The notes: generated by a model not told the origin, from the sequence alone. DNA of 54,589 nucleotides from an uncultured virus (IMG/VR IMGVR_UViG_3300042298_004026) (IMGVR_UViG_3300042298_004026); one strand, 5' to 3'; shown: positions 28,937 through 38,631, counted from the stretch's first letter. Numbers and translations are program-made.

Positions 28937-29684
28937 TCTTCATCTCGAGTTTGGACCTATTGAAATTCTGAATGCTGGTGATACAGATGTTCTGATCTTG
29001 TCTGGTGATATCTGCCTTGCGTCAGAGTTTGATAAAGGTATCCGATCATTCTTTCAAAAATGCTCAGAAGAATTTAAAGACGTGATTTATATTATGGGTA
29101 ATCACGAGCACTACAGTGGTGATTTTGCTCTGTCCGCAACATTGCTTCGTGAAGGACTGGAGGAGTTCACAAACATCCACTTTATGGAAAAAAACACTAT
29201 CACCATTAAAGATTATACCTTTATTGGCGCTACACTTTGGACCGATATGAATAAAAACGATCCAAACACTCTATGGCATGTGGGCCGTATGATGAATGAC
29301 TTTCGTACCGTGAGAAACGGTGATAAAGGAAAGCTGAATCCTACAGATGTCTACGAAGAGCATCTGTCAACCCTGGAATACATTCGTAGTGTAGTTGATA
29401 AAGATCCGATGCAGAAATATGTTGTTGTGGGACATCATGCACCTTCAAAGCAATCCATCAAGCCACACTATCGTGGTGATCATTTAGTAAATGGTGCATA
29501 CTCTTCAGACTTGTCGGAGTTCATCTTGGATCGTCCGCAAATTAAATTGTGGACGCACGGCCATACTCATGACAATTTTGATTACATGGTTGGAACCACT
29601 CGTGTACTTTGTAATCCTCGTGGATATTACAAATATGAAGAAAACGACAACTTTGACCCTAACATGGTCGTGGAGCTTGAATGA
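28914..29684 (+). CDS. Calcineurin-like metallophosphoesterase
   Basis: SDLHLE, GDI, GNHEHY, GATLWTD, HHAP, HGHTH, NPRGY. Confidence 0.92.
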   Translation: MKLQIVSDLHLEFGPIEILNAGDTDVLILSGDICLASEFDKGIRSFFQKCSEEFKDVIYIMGNHEHYSGDFALSATLLREGLEEFTNIHFMEKNTITIKDYTFIGATLWTDMNKNDPNTLWHVGRMMNDFRTVRNGDKGKLNPTDVYEEHLSTLEYIRSVVDKDPMQKYVVVGHHAPSKQSIKPHYRGDHLVNGAYSSDLSEFILDRPQIKLWTHGHTHDNFDYMVGTTRVLCNPRGYYKYEENDNFDPNMVVELE

Positions 29685-30103
29685 ATAATTGGGACACAAG
29701 GTTTCTTGACCTTGCATTTTTTGTATCACAGTGGTCAAAGGACCCATCAACCAAGGTGGGTTCTGTGATCGTTAATGAGCATAAACAAGTGCTCAGTATG
29801 GGGTACAATGGATTCCCACGTAATGTTGAAGACTCTGTTGAAAGATACGCAGACCGACGTACTAAGTACCTTTTTGTTGCTCACGCGGAACGTAATGCTC
29901 TTGATAATGCTTTTGTGGACGTCCGCGGAGCAACTCTTTATTCTACTCTTTGTCCTTGTAACGAGTGTGCAAAAAGCATAATTCAGAGAGGCATTAAGAA
30001 AGTTGTAACAACAGTACCTCCGCTAGAAAAGAAAGAAGCCCTCAACATGAACATAACATTTCAAATGTTCAAAGAGGCTGATGTAGAACTTGTATTTGAA
30101 TGA
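29681..30103 (+). CDS. cd: dCMP deaminase
   Basis: SKDPSTKVG, GYNG, HAERNA, PCNEC zinc motifs. Confidence 0.93.
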   Translation: MNNWDTRFLDLAFFVSQWSKDPSTKVGSVIVNEHKQVLSMGYNGFPRNVEDSVERYADRRTKYLFVAHAERNALDNAFVDVRGATLYSTLCPCNECAKSIIQRGIKKVVTTVPPLEKKEALNMNITFQMFKEADVELVFE

Positions 30104-30111
30104 TGGAGTAG

Positions 30112-30119
30112 TATAAATA
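30112..30119 (+). promoter_or_regulatory. T4-type late promoter TATAAATA upstream of hsp20 leader
   Basis: Exact consensus in intergenic DNA. Confidence 0.75.
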
Positions 30120-30121
30120 TA

Positions 30122-30211
30122 TTCATCTCTCGGGATGGGATCAAGCAGTGTGGGGTTAAGGCTTGTAAAATATTCCCCACACCAACGCCTTCGGGGTTGG
30201 TTTTTTATTTT
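30122..30211 (+). ncRNA. Structured leader/sRNA candidate (hairpin, H-type pseudoknot, UUCG terminator-like hairpin)
   Basis: CAAGC 30142-46 pairs with GCTTG 30161-65; GTGTGGGG 30148-55 pairs with CCCCACAC 30175-82; CCAAC(G)CC-TTCG-GG-GTTGG plus T run. Confidence 0.5.
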
Positions 30212-30235
30212 AACTCGCTTAATTAAGGAGCAATT

Positions 30236-30721
30236 ATGACATACATTAAAGATGTTTTTGGCCGCGATCTGTTCAAAGATTTTGACAAGTTTTATGTTGG
30301 ATTCGATGAACAATTTAACAGAATGGCTAAGATGCACGATGATCTTACCAAGTCCATTCCAAACTACCCTCCATACAATATCAAAAAGACTGGTGACAAC
30401 ACATATGTTGTTGAGCTAGCTGTTGCTGGTTTTGCCCGTCAAGATATTGAAATTGAGCTAGCAGACAACAAGATGATCGTGCGTGGTAACACCGCTTCTG
30501 AAGAAGACGATAAGAACTTTATTTGGAAAGGCATTGCCAATCGTAACTTCACACGTACGTTTGCACTTGAAGATCAAATCGAGGTCAAGGATGCGGAAAT
30601 GCTGAACGGCATGCTTCGTGTTTTCCTCGAGCGTATTATTCCTGACCACAAAAAGCCAAAGAAGGTTGAGGTTAAAGAAAAGGCTTCAACAAAATCACAA
30701 TCACAACTACTTACAGAATAG
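30236..30721 (+). CDS. Small heat shock protein Hsp20 (IbpA-like)
   Basis: NYPPYNI, ELAVAGF, KGIANRNFTRTF, NGMLRV. Confidence 0.95.
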   Translation: MTYIKDVFGRDLFKDFDKFYVGFDEQFNRMAKMHDDLTKSIPNYPPYNIKKTGDNTYVVELAVAGFARQDIEIELADNKMIVRGNTASEEDDKNFIWKGIANRNFTRTFALEDQIEVKDAEMLNGMLRVFLERIIPDHKKPKKVEVKEKASTKSQSQLLTE

Positions 30722-30741
30722 TCCAAAAGATTAGCTGTAAG

Positions 30742-30770
30742 GATAGCCGGCCCTGCCGGCTATCTTTGTT
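30742..30770 (+). terminator. GC-rich hairpin, probable terminator after hsp20
   Basis: GATAGCCGGC-CCT-GCCGGCTATC followed by TTTGTT. Confidence 0.7.
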
Positions 30771-30789
30771 CACAAGACAAAGGATAAAA

Positions 30790-30933
30790 ATGCAGACCGT
30801 TATACAAAAACTAAAAACATGGTGGACCTCTCTCCAACAATCAGAAGCTGAGCGTTATTTGTCGCACGCCGTCGACGCTGCGGATTTAAAGGTTCGTATA
30901 CAACACTTACGTGACAGGGGGATCCCAGCATGA
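30790..30933 (+). CDS. Small protein, DUF3563-like (47 aa; absent from ORF track)
   Basis: AAGGA SD; MQTVIQKLKTWWTSLQQSEAERYLSHAVDAADLKVRIQHLRDRGIPA resembles the E.YL....D..DL..R...L pattern. Confidence 0.6.
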   Translation: MQTVIQKLKTWWTSLQQSEAERYLSHAVDAADLKVRIQHLRDRGIPA

Positions 30934-31028
30934 GTAAAATCAAAACATTCCTCTCATTTATACTCGACTTCTTTCATGAAGTAGGTAAACTACGTGCTAA
31001 AACAAAGGCTCGCTATAATATGCATTGA
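30930..31028 (+). CDS. Small hypothetical peptide (32 aa; absent from ORF track)
   Basis: ATGA overlap with previous ORF; MSKIKTFLSFILDFFHEVGKLRAKTKARYNMH. Confidence 0.45.
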   Translation: MSKIKTFLSFILDFFHEVGKLRAKTKARYNMH

Positions 31029-31035
31029 CTAAATA
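31028..31035 (+). promoter_or_regulatory. Candidate late promoter ACTAAATA
   Basis: Same variant as at 1528; 25 nt upstream of the 31061 gene. Confidence 0.5.
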
Positions 31036-31060
31036 GGGTATCAACCCTTTTTTAAGTGCC

Positions 31061-31795
31061 ATGCAAACATTCCAGCAATATAACGAAAGTCTTACAAAAG
31101 CAACACTTGAGTATCATCGTGTACTGAATCCAAAGTTTTGGGACGGTAAAGAACTAGATTCTCAAGTGCGCACTAAATTGCTTCAGATAGCTCGTGTTTG
31201 GGCCAAGTTTGCAAATATTGATAACAATAATATCGTTGATATTATTCTTACTGGTGGTAATGCAAATTACAACTACACTCGTCAATCTGATCTTGATGTT
31301 CATTTGGTTATTGATTATGAGAAAGTGAGCTGCGAAGGTGAGCTTGTAATGGACTATTTCATGGCAAAAAAAGCTCTATGGGCGGCCAATCACTCCAATA
31401 TAAAGGTGCTTGGCTACCCTGTCGAGCTGTTTGCAGAGGATAAGCGTGCGAAACATCCTCAAGGCCAAGGTGTATTCTCTTTGCTAAAGAACAAATGGAT
31501 TCAAGAGCCTAAGTTTACCAAAATGAACTTTTCAAAGAATACGTTGTTACTGCAAAAAGTTGAATTTTATATGAAACAAATAGACACTATGGTTAAGAGT
31601 AAGAATAGTGTTGAAGCAGCCAATGAACTAAAAGATAAGATCAGATCCATGCGTGGTGCTTCAATCCAGGCAGGTGGTGAATTCTCGTTTGAGAATTTAG
31701 TATTTAAAGAGTTGCGCAATCGTGGTTATTTGGATAAACTGTCTAATTACTTGAAGAAAAATCAAGAGCGCGAGCTGTCTTTGTTTAAAAAGTGA
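31061..31795 (+). CDS. Pol-beta-superfamily nucleotidyltransferase-like protein
   Basis: hG[GS]..DxD motif LTGGNANYNYTRQSDLDVH; third acidic residue in YPVELF; ENLVFKELR. Confidence 0.7.
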   Translation: MQTFQQYNESLTKATLEYHRVLNPKFWDGKELDSQVRTKLLQIARVWAKFANIDNNNIVDIILTGGNANYNYTRQSDLDVHLVIDYEKVSCEGELVMDYFMAKKALWAANHSNIKVLGYPVELFAEDKRAKHPQGQGVFSLLKNKWIQEPKFTKMNFSKNTLLLQKVEFYMKQIDTMVKSKNSVEAANELKDKIRSMRGASIQAGGEFSFENLVFKELRNRGYLDKLSNYLKKNQERELSLFKK

Positions 31796-31822
31796 CTTGG
31801 TACCAGCGAGGTATCCTTAATT

Positions 31823-34519
31823 ATGAAGTTCTACACACACGTTTTCAAAGCGTTTGATAAGATTTATGTTCGTGGATATGAAGATGGCGTTCGTTTTCAG
31901 GACGTTGTTGAATATGACCCATATATTTTTACCGCTTCTTTGACCGGTCGTTCAGAGTATAAGACCCTAGCAGGCAGGCCCGTAGCTAAGCTCCACCTTG
32001 GGTCGATGCGCGATGCGGCTAGCTACATCAAGAACAACAAAGACGTGGCTGGTCATGAGATGTATGGTTATGGTCCCGAATCATATCACTACCAGTACAT
32101 CAACGACGCTTTCCCAGGGGAGGTTAACTATGATCCCTCGTTGATATCTGTTGTCACGTTAGACATTGAAACAGATTCTGAAGGTGGATTTCCGAACATC
32201 AAAGAAGCAGATAAAGCACTAACAGCTATTACGATTCGTAAGAATCAACAAGCTGTTACGTTTGGACTCTTTCCGTACACACCAGAACTTGATTATGTCA
32301 CATACGTCGAGTGCCGTAGTGAACGAGACATGATCGAAAGATTTCTCGCACTGTGGAGGACAGAGGAATGGATGCCTGATGTTGTTACAGGCTGGAACGT
32401 TGAGTTCTTCGATATTCCCTACCTGATCAACCGTATCACGCGGCTATTTGATGAAAAGGTTGCAAAAAGATTGTCGCCTTGGAATCTCTGGGAACAACGC
32501 CGTGATCCGAGCTCGGAAGACATGGCTGAGTACATGAATATTCCGGCTGGTATATCCGTCCTGGACTACATGCAGTTGTACAAGAAGTTCTCGTTCACGA
32601 ATCAAGAGTCCTTTAAACTTGACCATATTGCTTTTGTAGAGCTTGGTGAGCGTAAGTTGGATTTCAACGAACTTGGTTTTGAGACTCTCGATGAGTTCTA
32701 CAAAGGTGATTTTCGTAACTATATTAATTACAACATTCGTGACGTTGATCTTGTATACAAGCTAGATCAGAAGATGAAGTTCTTAGAGCAGGTATATGCT
32801 ATTGCATACGACGGTAAGGTTAACTTCATCGACAGCTTGACCACAGTGAGTATGTGGGATGTTATCATCCACAACTATCTGATGGAGCGTAAGATTGTGA
32901 TCCCGATAAAGAGCATTGGGAACAAACCTCGTCAGATCGAAGGTGCATATGTGAAAGACCCTCAGTGTGGAATACACGATTGGGTCGTATCATTTGACTT
33001 GAACAGTCTGTATCCACACCTGATCATGCAGTACAACATCTCACCTGAAACGATGCGTGGGCAGTTAATGCAATACGATCTCAGCGTCACATCGAAGAGT
33101 GTTGATATGTTTCTTGATGGTGAGCTAGATGTTGTGCGGGATGAGCAACAACGTAATCAGCTTCGCGAAGATATCAAAAACGCAGTCAATGGGTTTGCTC
33201 CTAATTCGTCATCATCAAAACTGACTGACTACTTTTTGAACTTTGAGACCATTCGCGAACCACTAGAGAAGCATAACCTAACTATCGCACCGACTGGTTG
33301 TGTGTTCGACAAAACAACACGAGGATTTCTGCCTACTCTCATGGAGACCATGTACAATGATCGGTCTTTGTGGAAGAAGCGAATGCTTGAGGCAAAGAAG
33401 GCGTATGAACAGACTCCTACACGAGAACTTTCAAACGAGATTGCAAGATGTCATAACATGCAGCTCGCTAAAAAGATTCAGCTGAATAGTGCTTATGGCG
33501 CCTTGTCGAATCAGTTCTTTCGTTGGTTTGATAACAGGCTTGCGGAATCAATTACAAAGTCTGGTCAGCTCTCTATTCGATGGATGGAGAAGAAGATCAA
33601 TGCACAGTTAAACAAGATCCTCAGGACAGATAACGAGGACTTTGTGATTGCTATTGATACGGACTCGATGTATATCAAACTTGGTAAGTTTGTTGAGAAA
33701 ACATATCCCGATCGCAATAAACCAATAACCGTTACATATATCGACAAAGTGTGTGCGGAATACTTTGAGCCTTTCATTGATAAAAGCTACCAAGAGCTTG
33801 CTGATTATGTTTCTGCATATGAGCAGAAAATGAAAATGAAACGAGAGGCCATTGCTGATAAAGGTCTTTGGACGGGAAAGAAACACTACATACTGAATGT
33901 TTATGATCTCGAGGGTGTTAGGTTTGCAGAACCTAAACTGAAAATTCAAGGTATCGAGTCTGTTCGTTCATCGACACCTGCAACCTGTCGTGAGCATCTC
34001 AAAGCAGCATTCTCTGTTATCATGAACGAAAACGAGTCCTCTCTACAAAAGTTTATCAAAGACTATCGTAGAGTTTTCAAGACGTTGCCTTTTGAAGATA
34101 TCGCTTTTCCTCGTAGCGTAAGAGGGATGTTGAAAAGTGATCAGTTTGATAAGAAGACAAAAAAGCTCATACAGAAATCCTATAACACAGGAACGATGAA
34201 TTTCTTACTGGGCACACCGATCCACGTCAAAGGATCGTTGATGTATAACCATCTTATCCATCTCAAGAATCTTGAAACTAAGTATATGCCTATTGGTGAA
34301 GGTGAGAAGATTAAGTTCTGTTATCTGCTTGACTCCTCACCCCTACCGACAAATGTTATCGCTGCACCAGGAAAGCTACCTAAAGAGCTTGGACTAAACA
34401 AATTCCTCGATTACGATACGCAGTTCGACAAATCATTTATGGAACCATTGCGTACAATCATGGAAGCAATTGGATGGAAGGAAGAAAATGAACAACAAAG
34501 CCTCGATCAGTTCTTTTGA
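31823..34519 (+). CDS. gp43: Family B DNA polymerase
   Basis: ExoI DIET, GWNVEFFD, YNIRDV; motif A DLNSLYP, motif B KIQLNSAYG, motif C DTDS; C-terminal clamp-binding SLDQFF. Confidence 0.98.
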   Translation: MKFYTHVFKAFDKIYVRGYEDGVRFQDVVEYDPYIFTASLTGRSEYKTLAGRPVAKLHLGSMRDAASYIKNNKDVAGHEMYGYGPESYHYQYINDAFPGEVNYDPSLISVVTLDIETDSEGGFPNIKEADKALTAITIRKNQQAVTFGLFPYTPELDYVTYVECRSERDMIERFLALWRTEEWMPDVVTGWNVEFFDIPYLINRITRLFDEKVAKRLSPWNLWEQRRDPSSEDMAEYMNIPAGISVLDYMQLYKKFSFTNQESFKLDHIAFVELGERKLDFNELGFETLDEFYKGDFRNYINYNIRDVDLVYKLDQKMKFLEQVYAIAYDGKVNFIDSLTTVSMWDVIIHNYLMERKIVIPIKSIGNKPRQIEGAYVKDPQCGIHDWVVSFDLNSLYPHLIMQYNISPETMRGQLMQYDLSVTSKSVDMFLDGELDVVRDEQQRNQLREDIKNAVNGFAPNSSSSKLTDYFLNFETIREPLEKHNLTIAPTGCVFDKTTRGFLPTLMETMYNDRSLWKKRMLEAKKAYEQTPTRELSNEIARCHNMQLAKKIQLNSAYGALSNQFFRWFDNRLAESITKSGQLSIRWMEKKINAQLNKILRTDNEDFVIAIDTDSMYIKLGKFVEKTYPDRNKPITVTYIDKVCAEYFEPFIDKSYQELADYVSAYEQKMKMKREAIADKGLWTGKKHYILNVYDLEGVRFAEPKLKIQGIESVRSSTPATCREHLKAAFSVIMNENESSLQKFIKDYRRVFKTLPFEDIAFPRSVRGMLKSDQFDKKTKKLIQKSYNTGTMNFLLGTPIHVKGSLMYNHLIHLKNLETKYMPIGEGEKIKFCYLLDSSPLPTNVIAAPGKLPKELGLNKFLDYDTQFDKSFMEPLRTIMEAIGWKEENEQQSLDQFF

Positions 34520-34778
34520 TGATGATTTTGGTTTTACCTTTGCTGATGAAAGTACAATTAGACAAGATCACTTAATCGAAGCTGCTGCTGATCTTAACAA
34601 TGAGTTGACTGACAAAATACAACAGATGTATGATGCGATAATCCCTCTGTTAAAAAACTTAAATAAGAATCCTGAACAAGATATTATTAAGTGGCCTAAC
34701 AGGCAAGAAAAGATTGCTCAGTTTAAAATGAAACTAGATCAAATAGGTGGAGATTATATTAAGGTGAAAAAACTATGA
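34488..34778 (+). CDS. Conserved T4-like hypothetical protein
   Basis: DDDFGFTF, PLLKNLNKNPEQDIIKWPNR. Confidence 0.7.
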   Translation: MNNKASISSFDDDFGFTFADESTIRQDHLIEAAADLNNELTDKIQQMYDAIIPLLKNLNKNPEQDIIKWPNRQEKIAQFKMKLDQIGGDYIKVKKL

Positions 34779-34960
34779 ATGATTTTGAAGTGCATCAACG
34801 AGGAACGGCTGAGGAGCTACGTCGTTCACGTGACCTAGCTAATACTATCGAGCAGCTCATTGTTCAATATGGGGAAGGTATTGTTCCACATACTATCCTT
34901 CAAAAATATAAAGAGCTTAGACAAATATATGCAAGACATATCGCAAGCGAGGAGTGTTAA
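34775..34960 (+). CDS. Hypothetical protein
   Basis: 61 aa ORF overlapping both neighbours. Confidence 0.6.
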   Translation: MNDFEVHQRGTAEELRRSRDLANTIEQLIVQYGEGIVPHTILQKYKELRQIYARHIASEEC

Positions 34961-35988
34961 TGAGTGAATTTTTACGTGATCTGATTAAGGAACTTAAAGA
35001 TGAAGACACTTCTTTGGCCTCTGACGGCTCTGGTAGTGCTGAGTTTGGGGGTTTTATTGATACTGGTAGCTACATTCTCAACGCTGTTCTCTCGGGTAGC
35101 CTCTATGGTGGCGTACCTGATAATAAAGTTACTGCATTTGCAGGCGAGTCCGCTACTGGTAAGACTTACTTCGTTCTTGGGGTCGTCAGGAGTTTCCTCG
35201 ACAAACATCCCAAAGGAGCAGTCGTCTACTACGACACAGAAGCAGCCGTAACAAAGCATATGATGGAGGAGCGTGGTATTGACACGTCTCGTGTTATCAT
35301 TGCTGAGCCTGATACCATTCAGAAGTTTAAAACCCATGCATTGAAATTGCTCGATGCATACGAACAAAAAGAAGAAGCATCACGTCCACCGATGATGTTT
35401 GTGTTGGATAGCTTGGGAATGCTTTCTACTTCCAAAGAGATGGAAGATAGTCTCGAAGGTAAAGATACCAGAGACATGACTAAAGCACAGATTATTAAAG
35501 CAGCTTTTAGAGTGTTGACTCTTAAACTAGCGAAGGTGAGAATCCCTCTGCTTGTAACTAATCACGTCTATGAACTCGTCGGTTCATACGTGCCAACAAA
35601 GGAGCTCGGTGGTGGAACAGGACTTAAATATGCGGCTAGCACTATTGCTATGCTCTCCAAACGTAAGGAAAAAGATGGCACTGACGTCGTCGGAAACATT
35701 GTCAAGATCAAAATGTACAAATCCCGACTTTCAAAAGAAAACAGTCAAGCAGAAGTGTTACTTACTTACGCCAAAGGACTTGACAGGTACTACGGTCTCC
35801 TTGAGCTAGCAGAGAAGTACGGAGTATTTAAAAAGGTGTCTACACGATATCAACTACCAGACGGTACGAGTGCCTTTGGTAAAAATATTAATGAAGACCC
35901 AGAAAAATATTATACTGATGAAGTGATGAAGCTGCTGGAAGCAGCAGCACAACAAGAATTTAAATATGGAGTGAATACAAATGAGTGA
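34960..35988 (+). CDS. uvsX: RecA-like recombinase UvsX
   Basis: DTGSYILNA, AGESATGKT, YDTE, LDSLGML, NHVY, GGGTGLKYAAS. Confidence 0.96.
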   Translation: MSEFLRDLIKELKDEDTSLASDGSGSAEFGGFIDTGSYILNAVLSGSLYGGVPDNKVTAFAGESATGKTYFVLGVVRSFLDKHPKGAVVYYDTEAAVTKHMMEERGIDTSRVIIAEPDTIQKFKTHALKLLDAYEQKEEASRPPMMFVLDSLGMLSTSKEMEDSLEGKDTRDMTKAQIIKAAFRVLTLKLAKVRIPLLVTNHVYELVGSYVPTKELGGGTGLKYAASTIAMLSKRKEKDGTDVVGNIVKIKMYKSRLSKENSQAEVLLTYAKGLDRYYGLLELAEKYGVFKKVSTRYQLPDGTSAFGKNINEDPEKYYTDEVMKLLEAAAQQEFKYGVNTNE

Positions 35989-36637
35989 AAATGCCCTTGT
36001 CCCAGCAGAATCTGCTTCTTACACAGCAGCTACCACGGAGTTTAATAAGCTGAATTATCAGCCTATTTTTCCGACTCTTATTACAACGGTCAAATTGGAT
36101 CTTCCTGTTGCTGAAATGAAGGCCGGTCTCCTTCAGCTTGCAGGTGAATCACAAAACTACGAAGGTGGGTTTACTACGTTCTTTAATCGTCAAGAGCTAG
36201 ATCATGTTTCGGGAATCAAGCAGCTTAAAGAAGCCATCTATGGCATTGCCTGTGCATTTGGGCGAGAATTGAAATACGAATGCAATTACGATAAATGTTC
36301 TATCCAACTCTGGGTTAATGTTATGAGGAAAGGTGGCTATCACCCACCTCATAACCATGCACGTTCCACCTTCTCTGGGACGTATTATGCAGAGGTGAAT
36401 GATAACATGAGTCCTTTCGTGTTTTTTAACCCAACGAAAGACCTACGTATGCATGATCCAGTTGTACGGCCAGAAGATGCTGGTCCGTTTACTTCCGAGC
36501 AGATGATCATCAAACCAGAAACCGGATCTCTTTCCATGTGGCCGTCGTGGTTGTATCATCACGTACCACAAATGAATGTAGATGGTCCACGTGTTTCACT
36601 TTCCTTCAATGTAGATTTTCTTCCGCCAGGAGCATAA
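35981..36637 (+). CDS. 2OG-Fe(II) oxygenase (TIGR02466-like)
   Basis: IFPT, WVNV...HPPHNH...SGTYY, WPSWLYHHV, RVSLSFN. Confidence 0.85.
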   Translation: MSENALVPAESASYTAATTEFNKLNYQPIFPTLITTVKLDLPVAEMKAGLLQLAGESQNYEGGFTTFFNRQELDHVSGIKQLKEAIYGIACAFGRELKYECNYDKCSIQLWVNVMRKGGYHPPHNHARSTFSGTYYAEVNDNMSPFVFFNPTKDLRMHDPVVRPEDAGPFTSEQMIIKPETGSLSMWPSWLYHHVPQMNVDGPRVSLSFNVDFLPPGA

Positions 36638-38008
36638 ATGGTTGTTGAAGATTTGATCTTTAGTAATCTGATCTTCAATGAAGGGTATGGTCGAAAGGTC
36701 ATACCCTTTTTAGTTCACGATTACTTTAGCAGTAGAATTGATAAAGAAATCTTCAAAGCGATCACTGGTTATGTTGATCGTTTTAATAGCTTTCCGAATC
36801 AGGTAGCTCTATCGATTGAACTTGAGAACGCTCGCACTCTCAGTCAAGACGAGTTTGTTCAAGCTAAACAAAAAATCGACACATATTGTGATCAGCAGAA
36901 CGATGTTGATTGGTTAGTTGACCAGACAGAAAAGTTTTGCAAGGATCGAGCGATCTATAATGCTATTTCTGAATCAATAAAGATTCTTGACGATAAGTCG
37001 GGTAAAACGAATCCAAATTCCATTCCTTCGCTGCTTGAACAAGCTCTGTCTGTTTCATTTGATACTCAGATCGGTCATGACTTCTTTGATGACGTTGATC
37101 AACGGTATGAGTTCTATCACAAAAAAGAAGAGCGTATTCCTTTCGATATTGATTTTCTCAATAAGATATCCAAGGGCGGATTGCCCCGCAAAACATTAAA
37201 TGTAGCGCTTGCAGGCACTGGCGTTGGTAAATCACTTTTTATGTGTCATTGTGCTGCTGCCAATATTGTTCAGGGCAAGAATGTTCTTTACATTACGATG
37301 GAAATGGCTGAAGAAAGAATTGCCGAACGTATTGATGCAAATCTCATGAACGTGACAGTTGATGATCTTGCGTTATTACCCAGAGACGCTTTTGAAAAGA
37401 AGATAGAGAGGGTGAAAGAAAAGACTGTAGGAAAGCTGATAATCAAGGAATACCCAACATCATCAGCAGGTGCTGCAAACTTTCGACATCTACTCAATGA
37501 ACTTAGTTTAAAGAAGAAATTCAAGCCCGACATAATTTACATTGACTATCTTAACATATGTGCATCAAGTCGTCTTAAACAATCCGCTAACGTCAATTCA
37601 TATACATATGTAAAAGCTATCGCTGAAGAGATTAGAGGACTAGCTGTTGAGTTTAATGTGCCTATTGTGTCCGCAACGCAGACAAATAGAGCTGGATATT
37701 CAAGCTCTGATGTAGGTCTTGAAAATACATCCGAATCGTTTGGCTTACCAGCAACAGTAGATATGATGTTTGCTATAATTTCATCCGAGGAACTGGAAGA
37801 CTTGAACCAACTTATGTTTAAACAATTGAAAAACAGATATGCGGATCCTTCCAAGTTTCGTAAGTTTGTCGTAGGCGTAGACAGAGCGAAGATGAAGCTC
37901 TACGACGTCGAACAATCAGCACAAGATGATCTTATGCCAGATACTGCGTTGTTCGATAAAGACACCAATCGAAAATTTACTAAAGATATATTTAAAGGAT
38001 TTAGTTGA
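36638..38008 (+). CDS. gp41: Replicative DnaB-like helicase
   Basis: LAGTGVGKS, TMEMAEE, IDYLNI, SATQTNR, SESFGLP, KQLKNRY. Confidence 0.97.
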   Translation: MVVEDLIFSNLIFNEGYGRKVIPFLVHDYFSSRIDKEIFKAITGYVDRFNSFPNQVALSIELENARTLSQDEFVQAKQKIDTYCDQQNDVDWLVDQTEKFCKDRAIYNAISESIKILDDKSGKTNPNSIPSLLEQALSVSFDTQIGHDFFDDVDQRYEFYHKKEERIPFDIDFLNKISKGGLPRKTLNVALAGTGVGKSLFMCHCAAANIVQGKNVLYITMEMAEERIAERIDANLMNVTVDDLALLPRDAFEKKIERVKEKTVGKLIIKEYPTSSAGAANFRHLLNELSLKKKFKPDIIYIDYLNICASSRLKQSANVNSYTYVKAIAEEIRGLAVEFNVPIVSATQTNRAGYSSSDVGLENTSESFGLPATVDMMFAIISSEELEDLNQLMFKQLKNRYADPSKFRKFVVGVDRAKMKLYDVEQSAQDDLMPDTALFDKDTNRKFTKDIFKGFS

Positions 38009-38187
38009 TGCTCCCCACACAATTCATCTTGTGGTTGATTATATTTCCACTTGTTGTTTGTGGCTTTTTAATAAACACTTCAGTAAGGGCATTCATATTT
38101 TTATTTAACTGTCCGTTTGATACATGGCGGTACATAGGAAAGAGTTTAGATGAAATACAGCTAGAAGAAAAAAATAGAAGAGAATGA
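38008..38187 (+). CDS. Small membrane protein
   Basis: Hydrophobic N-terminus; overlaps neighbours. Confidence 0.5.
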   Translation: MLPTQFILWLIIFPLVVCGFLINTSVRAFIFLFNCPFDTWRYIGKSLDEIQLEEKNRRE

Positions 38188-38630
38188 AAGTATTAGTAAC
38201 CGGCTCCAAAGACCCCTATCTTGAACAGGAAATACTTGCAGCGTCAAGATTCTTTGGAAAAGAGCTTCTATCAAAACAATTAATAAAACATATACATCTT
38301 GAAATCATAGTTGTATCGACCAGTCCTGATCTCGGTAACTGTTGCATTACGTATTATAATGATTGGTACAAAGCACGTGAATTTGAGATCCAACTTAAAC
38401 GAAAGAAATCTACTGACAGTATGATACAAACCCTCGCTCATGAAATGGTACATCTCAAACAATTTGCAATGGGTGAGCTTAACGATGAACATACAAAGTG
38501 GAAAAGCGTGCCAATAGATTCTAACAAATTGGAATACCACGATTTACCTTGGGAAGTAGAGGCTTCTTCGCTTGAATATATACTATTCTCTATGTACCAA
38601 GAATACAAACAGCATTTACTTAGGAGTTAA
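38184..38630 (+). CDS. HExxH zinc metallopeptidase-like protein
   Basis: TLAHEMVHLKQF and PWEVEA. Confidence 0.8.
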   Translation: MKVLVTGSKDPYLEQEILAASRFFGKELLSKQLIKHIHLEIIVVSTSPDLGNCCITYYNDWYKAREFEIQLKRKKSTDSMIQTLAHEMVHLKQFAMGELNDEHTKWKSVPIDSNKLEYHDLPWEVEASSLEYILFSMYQEYKQHLLRS

Positions 38631-38631
38631 C

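Noticed and set aside
31823..38008. Inteins or introns in gp43, uvsX or gp41
   Set aside because: ORFs are continuous and near normal length; no intein splice motifs or LAGLIDADG/HNH inserts seen.
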